This document shows, piece by piece, positions 57,795 through 64,000 of a stretch of DNA of 64,000 nucleotides; within the stretch, counting starts at the first letter, position 1; each line of letters starts with the position of its first letter. The notes beneath the pieces were generated by a model. The model had not been told where the DNA came from. It did not search any database and saw only the letters and a list, made by a program, of their open reading frames with translations. Origin of the DNA: Bacillota bacterium (lineage in GTDB: Bacteria; Bacillota; Dehalobacteriia; UBA4068); assembly GCA_024679955.1 (NCBI GenBank), contig JAILCQ010000001.1:8904-72903 (forward strand), in the 5' to 3' direction. A program made the translations under genes and the position numbers.

Positions 57795-59015
57795 ATGGAA
57801 CAAGACGACAACCGGTTTCAAGAGCGGGAGCATCCTTACAGCCTTGTTCCGGAAGAGGCAGAATCGGAAAATACGGGCGATGCGGCAAACGGGGACGACG
57901 GCTATTCCTTGCCCCTTTCCGCCAAGGCGGAAGGGAAGGACGCTCCGCCCCTCTCTGCGCCTGCCGCACCCGGAAAAAATGGCGGAAAAACCTATTACCG
58001 TCAACCGCCAAGGGAGTGGCGGCGCATACCCCAGGCCGAAGAGCGGATCGGCGTGAAATCCCTGACTGAAGGCGCCATGATGGCGGCCGTCGCCGTGGTA
58101 TTGGCGGTGATCGCCGTCTATGTACCGGTATTGAACCTGGCGGCCCTGCTGTTGTTCCCTTTGCCGGCCACCGTATTGGTGCTGCGCCGGGGTGTGAAGA
58201 TGGGCGTGCTGGTCACCGCGGTCGTTTTCCTGCTGACTTTGATTTTTTTTGGCCTGGCGCAAAGCGTGGCCCTGCTGCTGCAATGCGGTTTGCTGGGGCT
58301 GTTTTTGGGATATTGTTTCCGTTATGGCAAGGGGCCCCTGTTCACTTTGGCTATCGCTACGGTGATTGCCGCTTTCGGCGCCTTGGCCAATATGGCGCTT
58401 TCCCTGTATGTGATGGGCATGCCTTGGCAAAGCATCGGCGATGAGATCGGCATGATGGTCAGGGAATACGCGGCGGCCTTGCAAAGCGTGGGTGGGGAAT
58501 CCCTGTTCACCGCCGGCGGTATGACGGCGGAAGAAGGCGTCGAGTATTTCACCGCGCTGATGCAAAAGCTGCTGCCGGCCGTATTCATCCTTTCTTCTAT
58601 GCTGATGGCCATGCTGTGCTATCTGATCTACAGCAAGGTTTTGCGCCGCATGCGGTATCATATCCCGTCGCTGCCGCCCTTTTCCCAGTGGCGGATGGAT
58701 TGGCGTTTTTCCTGGGGTGTGATCGCCGGGCTGTTGTGTGCCTGGGTGGGTTCTCAAGCGCATTTGCCATGGTTGAATACCGTGGGCGTCAATATACTAT
58801 ATATTTTCTTTCCCATACTGTTGATTTGCGGTTTTTCCTGCGTGGTTTGGATATGGAAAAAACTGCGCATCCATACCTTTGTTTTGGTGATATTGATCAT
58901 TATCTGGATACAGTTTTTCGCTTATGTTTGCATTCTATTGGCATTGATCGGAGCGTTCGATCCTTTGTTGGATTTTCGCAGTCGTTTGAATAAGCAGGAG
59001 GAGGAAAAAAGATGA
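57795..59015 (+). CDS. DUF2232 (YybS-like) membrane protein with an acidic N-terminal extension
   Basis: Multi-TM protein. Lies upstream of rplI-dnaB, as B. subtilis yybS does. Confidence 0.75.
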   Translation: MEQDDNRFQEREHPYSLVPEEAESENTGDAANGDDGYSLPLSAKAEGKDAPPLSAPAAPGKNGGKTYYRQPPREWRRIPQAEERIGVKSLTEGAMMAAVAVVLAVIAVYVPVLNLAALLLFPLPATVLVLRRGVKMGVLVTAVVFLLTLIFFGLAQSVALLLQCGLLGLFLGYCFRYGKGPLFTLAIATVIAAFGALANMALSLYVMGMPWQSIGDEIGMMVREYAAALQSVGGESLFTAGGMTAEEGVEYFTALMQKLLPAVFILSSMLMAMLCYLIYSKVLRRMRYHIPSLPPFSQWRMDWRFSWGVIAGLLCAWVGSQAHLPWLNTVGVNILYIFFPILLICGFSCVVWIWKKLRIHTFVLVILIIIWIQFFAYVCILLALIGAFDPLLDFRSRLNKQEEEKR

Positions 59016-59455
59016 AAGTTATTTTATTGCAAGACGTAAAAAGTTTAGGCAAACGGGGCGACGTGAAAGAAGTGGCGGACGGCTACGCCCGCAATTACCT
59101 GATTGCCAAAGGCTTTGCTCAACCTGCCAGTAAAGGAAACTTGAATATATTGGATCATGAGATCAAGATGCGCATGAGCAAAGAGGCGCAGCTGATCGAC
59201 GATGCGGAGCATTTGGCCAAAAAAGTGGAAGGCAAAACCTTCGTCATCCCGGCGAAAGCAGGGGAAGCGGGAAAATTGTTCGGCTCCGTGACCACGGCGG
59301 ATATCGCCGCGGTGTTAAGCCAGCAAGGATATGACGTGGACAAACGCAAAATCGAAATACCGGTGCCCATCAAAGCTTTGGGCATGTTTGAAGCGGTATT
59401 GAAGCTGCATTCCAAAGTTTCGGCAAAGATTCAACTGGACGTTCGGGATGAATAA
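59012..59455 (+). CDS. rplI: 50S ribosomal protein L9
   Basis: MKVILLQDVKSLGKRGDVKEVADGYARNYLI. Confidence 0.97.
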   Translation: MKVILLQDVKSLGKRGDVKEVADGYARNYLIAKGFAQPASKGNLNILDHEIKMRMSKEAQLIDDAEHLAKKVEGKTFVIPAKAGEAGKLFGSVTTADIAAVLSQQGYDVDKRKIEIPVPIKALGMFEAVLKLHSKVSAKIQLDVRDE

Positions 59456-59478
59456 ACGGTAACCGGGAAAGGATAGGC

Positions 59479-60864
59479 ATGGCAGAGCAAAGGGAAGAAA
59501 GCCATCGACTGCCGCCCCAGAGTTTGGAAGCCGAAAAGGCGTTATTGGGCGCGTGTCTGTTGCATAACGAGGCGATTGCCGCTGCGCAGGAGTATGTAAA
59601 AGCCGAGGATTTTTACAGCGAAAGCCACCGGCTTATTTTCCGTTGCCTTTTGGATATGAACGAGCAGGGGATTCCCAGCGACTTGGTGACTTTGGTGGAT
59701 TTTTTGCAAAAAGAGGGCGATTTGGAAAAAGCAGGCGGTATCGCTTATGTATCTTCTTTGACCGACGCTGTTCCCTCGGCTGCCGCAGCCGTCCACTATG
59801 CCAAAATCATCGCCGAAAGAGCCGTTTCCCGGGCTGTGATCCAAGCGGTTTCCCTGATCGGCCAGGAGGGCTATGCCGGTACTCATAGCGCCGCGGAATT
59901 GTTGGAGCTGGCCGAACAGTCGATCTTTGATATTTCCCAGGGTCGCCGCCACAGCTATTTTCAATCCCTGCATGATTTGTTGCCTGCCGTTTTTGAAATG
60001 ATGGCGCAAACGAAAGCGGCGGACGGCGTGACCGGCGTGCCTACCTTCCGGGATTTGGATAAATATCTTTCCGGTTTGCAAAAAAGCGATTTGATCATCC
60101 TTGCCGCCCGGCCTGCCATGGGCAAAACCTCCATGGCCATCAATATCGCGCAAAACGCCGCGGTGAAACACGGCATGACGGTGGCTGTTTTTTCTTTGGA
60201 AATGCCCAAAGAACAATTGGCGCAAAGGATGTTGTGCACGCAAGCCAAAGTGAATCAGGGCCTGGTGCGCAAGGGCATGGCCTCCATGGAGGATTTCCAG
60301 AGATTGAGCAAGGCCATGACGGAAATGTCCGATGCGCAGATTTTTATCGACGACTCCATGAGCGTCAGTGTCAGCGAAATGCGCAGCAAATTGCGGAAGC
60401 TGAAAACCGAGCAAAAGCGCCTGGATTTGGTGGTGGTGGATTACATACAGCTGATGCAGGGCCGGGCCTCCAGCCGGGTGGAAAACCGCCAATTGGAAGT
60501 GGCGGAAATATCCCGCGGCCTGAAAGCCATGGCCAAAGAATTGGATTTGCCGGTGCTGGCCTTGTCCCAGTTATCCCGCTTGGCCGACCGCAGCAATGAG
60601 CCGCCCTCCCTCAGTCATTTGCGGGAAAGCGGCGCGCTGGAACAGGACGCCGACGTGGTCATACTTTTGCATAAAAACAAGAATAATGGCCAAAACGAAA
60701 TGGAAAATGAGCCCGTTGATATGGGAGACGCCGGCGAAGTGGTGACGGTGATGATCGCCAAGCACAGAAACGGCCCCATCGGCGATGTGGATATGCTGTT
60801 TTTAAAAGATTACACCTCCTTTCAAAATTTGGCGCAAAAATGGCAAGGCGGCCCCGAAATGTAG
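59479..60864 (+). CDS. dnaB: Replicative DNA helicase (DnaB family)
   Basis: N-terminal domain, Walker A ARPAMGKT, RecA-like C-terminal domain, 461 aa. Confidence 0.95.
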   Translation: MAEQREESHRLPPQSLEAEKALLGACLLHNEAIAAAQEYVKAEDFYSESHRLIFRCLLDMNEQGIPSDLVTLVDFLQKEGDLEKAGGIAYVSSLTDAVPSAAAAVHYAKIIAERAVSRAVIQAVSLIGQEGYAGTHSAAELLELAEQSIFDISQGRRHSYFQSLHDLLPAVFEMMAQTKAADGVTGVPTFRDLDKYLSGLQKSDLIILAARPAMGKTSMAINIAQNAAVKHGMTVAVFSLEMPKEQLAQRMLCTQAKVNQGLVRKGMASMEDFQRLSKAMTEMSDAQIFIDDSMSVSVSEMRSKLRKLKTEQKRLDLVVVDYIQLMQGRASSRVENRQLEVAEISRGLKAMAKELDLPVLALSQLSRLADRSNEPPSLSHLRESGALEQDADVVILLHKNKNNGQNEMENEPVDMGDAGEVVTVMIAKHRNGPIGDVDMLFLKDYTSFQNLAQKWQGGPEM

Positions 60865-60907
60865 GCCGGACTATAAAAACACCGGCCGGTGGAAAACGAA
60901 AAAAAAT

Positions 60908-60936
60908 TTGACTTTTTGCTTGCAATCTTTTATAAT
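60908..60936 (+). promoter_or_regulatory. Consensus sigma-A promoter for tRNA-Lys (TTGACT-N17-TATAAT)
   Basis: ttgactttttgcttgcaatcttttataat, 10 nt before the tRNA 5' end. Confidence 0.7.
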
Positions 60937-60946
60937 TAATCTGTTC

Positions 60947-61022
60947 GGGCCATTAGCTCAGTTGGTAGAGCACCTGACTCTTAATCAGGGTGTCCCGGGT
61001 TCGAGCCCCTGATGGCCCACCA
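60947..61022 (+). tRNA. tRNA-Lys (anticodon CTT)
   Basis: GGGCCATTAGCTCAGTTGGTAGAGCACCTGACTCTTAATCAGGGTGTCCCGGGTTCGAGCCCCTGATGGCCCACCA: cloverleaf with anticodon loop CTCTTAA and encoded CCA. Confidence 0.88.
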
Positions 61023-61030
61023 TAAGAAAA

Positions 61031-61076
61031 CCCCTGCTAAATGCCTTGATTGCGCGGTATTTAGCAGGGGTTTTTT
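61031..61076 (+). terminator. Rho-independent terminator after tRNA-Lys
   Basis: CCCCTGCTAAAT...ATTTAGCAGGGG hairpin followed by TTTTTT. Confidence 0.85.
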
Positions 61077-61341
61077 GTGTGCAAATGCTTCCCGTTTTGC
61101 CGTTTTGCCCCTGTTTTCAGCCCTAAAATGTTGCACGGATGTTGCAAATCCCCCTGAATTTTGCTGTTGAATGCAGCGCAAGTTTCAAAAACGGTAATAC
61201 GATTTGGGGTGTTGTTATGAAGAAATCACAATGGATATAAAGAACATGGACTAAGAAAAGATGGCCTTGAAAAAAATCGTATTGCCCAAAGGACGGTTCT
61301 GTTTACAATCAATTTTTTTGCATCCATGCAGGCAAAGAAAA

Positions 61342-61372
61342 AGAACGGTAGAAGAATCTGCCGTTCTTTTTT
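61342..61372 (+). terminator. Orphan terminator-like hairpin about 300 nt downstream of tRNA-Lys
   Basis: AGAACGGTAGAAGAATCTGCCGTTCT hairpin followed by TTTTT. No annotated ORF upstream of it. Confidence 0.5.
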
Positions 61373-61467
61373 ACCGTCTATGCGTCAAAACCGACCGCCT
61401 ATGGAAAAACACTGGAAAGACCGGGGCGGCTATCCTATAATGTAAGCGTATCGAGGAGGTGACGTCT

Positions 61468-61908
61468 ATGCGGGTGGAGATCAAAATCGACGACACGGCC
61501 ACGGAGCCAAGGGCCATTATTGTTACGGATCGCATCACGGAAGAGATCAACGAGATGGTGCGCAGTCTTTCCCGGACCGCACCGCAGCCGATTTTGGGCA
61601 TGCGGAAGGAAACGGTGAGAATACTGGAGCCGGAAAGCATCCTTCGCATTTATGGGGCCAATGGCAAGGTGTTCGCCGCCACGGAGGAAGGGGAGTATCA
61701 GCTGCGTCTGCGTCTCTATGAATTGGAGGAAAGGCTGCGCCGGGACAGCTTTGTCCGTATCTCCAATTCCGAGATCATCAACCTGAAGAAGGCGCTGCAT
61801 TTCGATTTGAATTTGGCGGGTACGATTTGCGTTTCCTTTGCCGACCATAGCGTAAGTTATGTTTCCCGGCGCTATGTTTCCAAGATCAAAGAAGTATTGG
61901 GCTTGTGA
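61468..61908 (+). CDS. LytTR-family DNA-binding protein (stand-alone LytTR domain)
   Basis: C-terminal LytTR domain (VRISNSEIINLKKALHFDLNLAGTICVSFADHSVSYVSRRY). GGAGGTGA RBS. Confidence 0.75.
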   Translation: MRVEIKIDDTATEPRAIIVTDRITEEINEMVRSLSRTAPQPILGMRKETVRILEPESILRIYGANGKVFAATEEGEYQLRLRLYELEERLRRDSFVRISNSEIINLKKALHFDLNLAGTICVSFADHSVSYVSRRYVSKIKEVLGL

Positions 61909-61919
61909 GGTGATTCCCA

Positions 61920-62380
61920 TGAAAAAAGAGATCCTTGTTCGTTGTCTGCTGGGGGCGCCCATCGGCGTGGCGCTGAGCACGTTGATTACCATCATCATCT
62001 CCTTTGCCTTGGGCGACGGCAATTATCACGCGGTTGTGCCGCAGCTGACCCAGGATTGCGGCAGCGAGATCTGGGCGGTCACGCTGCAGACGGTTTGTTC
62101 GTTGCTGTATGGAGCGGCCTGGGCGGGCGCTTCCGCCATTTGGCAGATGGAACGATGGAGCCTTTTGCAAATGACCGGGTTGCACCTGCTGATTTGTTCC
62201 GCGGCCACCTTCCCCGTTGCCTATTTTATGCATTGGATGCATCATAGCGTATCCGGCGTTCTGTTGTATTTCGGCATTTTTCTTGCCATCTATGCGATCA
62301 TCTGGCTGATCCAATATGCCGCCGTCAAGAGAAAGATCGACGCCATCAACCGGAAAATGCGGGAAAGCGCCGCCGGCTGA
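61920..62380 (+). CDS. DUF3021-family membrane protein
   Basis: 4-TM protein immediately after the LytTR gene, a common pairing. Confidence 0.65.
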
Positions 62381-62458
62381 TCGTTCGTATGCTTTTACAA
62401 TTTTGCCGCGCCAGGCGTCGGATCGCTGGGGACTTTGCCAGGAGCCCCATAAATAAAT

Positions 62459-62500
62459 ACCTGCTAAGGAAGCATTCATCTTCTTAGCAGGTGTTTTTTT
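62459..62500 (+). terminator. Rho-independent terminator
   Basis: ACCTGCTAAGGA...TCTTAGCAGGT hairpin followed by GTTTTTTT. Confidence 0.85.
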
Positions 62501-62627
62501 GTGTCTTGCAGCCGCTTTTGCCGGGGCTGGCGTTGTTTTTGGCGCAGGCCGTCGGCGATCTTATGGTCCACCGGGAACAGCACGCCTGCGTCTACCAGAA
62601 TCAAACAGGCGCATAGCATTGCTCCCG

Positions 62628-63188
62628 CTATAAAACCGACGACAGCACCACGGAAAAATAGCGGTCCAATTCTTCCGGGGTTTGTTTCATGCCGCCTTTG
62701 ATCCACCACAATACCATTTCCACAAAACTGCCGGATATATGATTGATCAAAAAATCCGGCGGCAAGTCCAGCTTCGGCGGCTTACCTTGGAGAAACTGGT
62801 TTTGTATCAGATCGTTTAAGCTGTTTTTGAAATAGCGCAAAAAGATATCGTTGCTTTCGCAGGAAAGCAAGCCCAGTATATTGCTGCCGTTTTTTTGCAA
62901 ATGCTGCAGCAAGTGACAGAACACCGAATCCGGCGAGCTGGCGTCGGAATACAATCCGTGGGTATGGGCGCAATCCATGGCGCTGCCGATGATATGGCCG
63001 AACAGCTCTTCGCACAGCTCCTTCAGCAAATCGTCTTTGGTCTCGAAATGGGCGTAAAAGGTGGTGCGTCCCACGTCGGCGGCGTCGATGATTTCCTGCA
63101 CGGTGATGCGGTTATAGCTTTTTTTTGCCAAAAGACTGCTGAACGCGGCAAAAATCGCCGCCCGGGTCTTTTTTTGTTTTCTATCCAT
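62628..63188 (-). CDS. TetR/AcrR-family transcriptional regulator
   Basis: N-terminal HTH (ITVQEIIDAADVGRTTFYAHF). GGGAGAGA RBS. Divergent from the P-type ATPase gene. Confidence 0.85.
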   Translation of the reverse strand: MDRKQKKTRAAIFAAFSSLLAKKSYNRITVQEIIDAADVGRTTFYAHFETKDDLLKELCEELFGHIIGSAMDCAHTHGLYSDASSPDSVFCHLLQHLQKNGSNILGLLSCESNDIFLRYFKNSLNDLIQNQFLQGKPPKLDLPPDFLINHISGSFVEMVLWWIKGGMKQTPEELDRYFSVVLSSVL

Positions 63189-63400
63189 AGCTATCTCTCC
63201 CAAACAAAATAAGAAAAGTGTTCCGTAAGAAACATATGATATAAATTATCCATTGTAAACGGGTTTTTCACTTTCTAAAATAATTAACAGAACAATATGT
63301 TTGGTAACAAATATAGTATACGGTAAAACGGTTTGTCCGTCAAGGATAACGATGGCTGTATACCGGGGCAACGGTAAGAAGGAGGGAACGAGGCGATAGG

Positions 63401-64000
63401 ATGCAGAAGCTTAGCGATTGTTTGGCCGGCCTGCCGGCGACGGTGATCAGCGGTATATGCGTGGCATTGAGTTTGATTTTGCCTCGCGCCGGCATACATC
63501 CCAGTATCGATCCCGCCTGGGGGGCGGTGATCCTCAGCGGTTTTCCTTTGCTCTATCTGGCGGTTTGGCGTATGGTGCATAATACGGGCGTCCGCAGGAT
63601 ATCCTCAGCTTTGCTGATCACCATCGCCATGTTGGCGGCCTTGGCAATCGGCGATCTGTTCGCCGCCGGAGAGGTGGCCTTTATTATGGCTATCGGCGCG
63701 CTTTTAGAGCAGGCCACCACCAACCGGGCCAAAAAGGGGTTGAAAAAGCTGATCAGTCTGGCCCCGGTGCAGGGTAGGCGAGTGAACGGCGCAACGGAAG
63801 AAATGGTGCCGGTGGCCGCCTTACGTCCCGGCGACGTAGTGCGCATTTTGCCCGGCGAAATCATTCCGGTGGACGGAACCGTAATTGACGGGGAGAGCTC
63901 CGTGGATCAGTCCATTATGACCGGGGAATCCTTGCCGGTGGATAAAGCCCAGGGAGACCAGGTATTTTGCGGCACCATGAATTGTTTCGGCGCCATAGAC
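63401..64000 (+). CDS. Heavy-metal-translocating P1B-type ATPase; N-terminal part, 3' end lies outside the window
   Basis: GAAGGAGGG RBS. Translates as a TM helix pair followed by the actuator-domain region (...RPGDVVRILPGEIIPVDGTVIDGESSVDQSIMTGES...), and the frame is open to the window end. No N-terminal HMA domain. Confidence 0.8.
   Translation, partial: MQKLSDCLAGLPATVISGICVALSLILPRAGIHPSIDPAWGAVILSGFPLLYLAVWRMVHNTGVRRISSALLITIAMLAALAIGDLFAAGEVAFIMAIGALLEQATTNRAKKGLKKLISLAPVQGRRVNGATEEMVPVAALRPGDVVRILPGEIIPVDGTVIDGESSVDQSIMTGESLPVDKAQGDQVFCGTMNCFGAID

Noticed and set aside
1-64000. CRISPR repeat-spacer array
   Set aside because: I scanned for regularly spaced 24-40-nt direct repeats. 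The only tandem repeats are 9-, 12-, 15- and ~40-nt contiguous units with no unique spacers, so no array is present despite the cas9 stub.

Overview
This is a high-GC (~58%) Firmicutes-like chromosomal window. Sporulation and division markers (sepF, a CotF-like coat protein, ricT/yaaT, yabA, an SLH surface protein) point to a sporulating Clostridia or Negativicutes-type organism. Almost the whole window is densely packed housekeeping DNA in conserved blocks:
- The end of the dcw cluster (ylmE/yggS-sepF-yggT-ileS), with an orphan pyrB and lspA-rluD-tcdA-rarA downstream.
- iscU-mnmA.
- alaS-ireB.
- A hom-thrB-lysC operon on the minus strand.
- A Zur-regulated znuACB operon.
- yycJ-htrA-rlmH.
- serA.
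- tmk-holB-ricT-yabA-yabB-rsmI-alr.
- yybS-rplI-dnaB.
- Three tRNAs: Pro-GGG, Arg-CCT and Lys-CTT.
Accessory content is small. The notable items are:
- A 5' stub of a type II-C-like cas9 gene (RuvC-I motif plus Arg-rich bridge helix only) between an old-yellow-enzyme-type flavin oxidoreductase and a class B sortase. It keeps its own sigma-A-like promoter, RBS and a three-hairpin leader. No CRISPR array or cas1/cas2 is in the window.
- An ECF sigma/anti-sigma pair with a SigW-like autoregulatory promoter.
- A PadR-DUF2992 pair with a palindromic operator.
- A frameshifted cotF-like gene.
- A degenerate HD-GYP membrane protein.
- A LytTR-DUF3021 pair and a TetR / P1B-ATPase pair after tRNA-Lys.
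- A GC-rich noncoding tandem-repeat tract, plus several short in-frame tandem repeats.
I found no intact CRISPR array, prophage, integrase or transposase.
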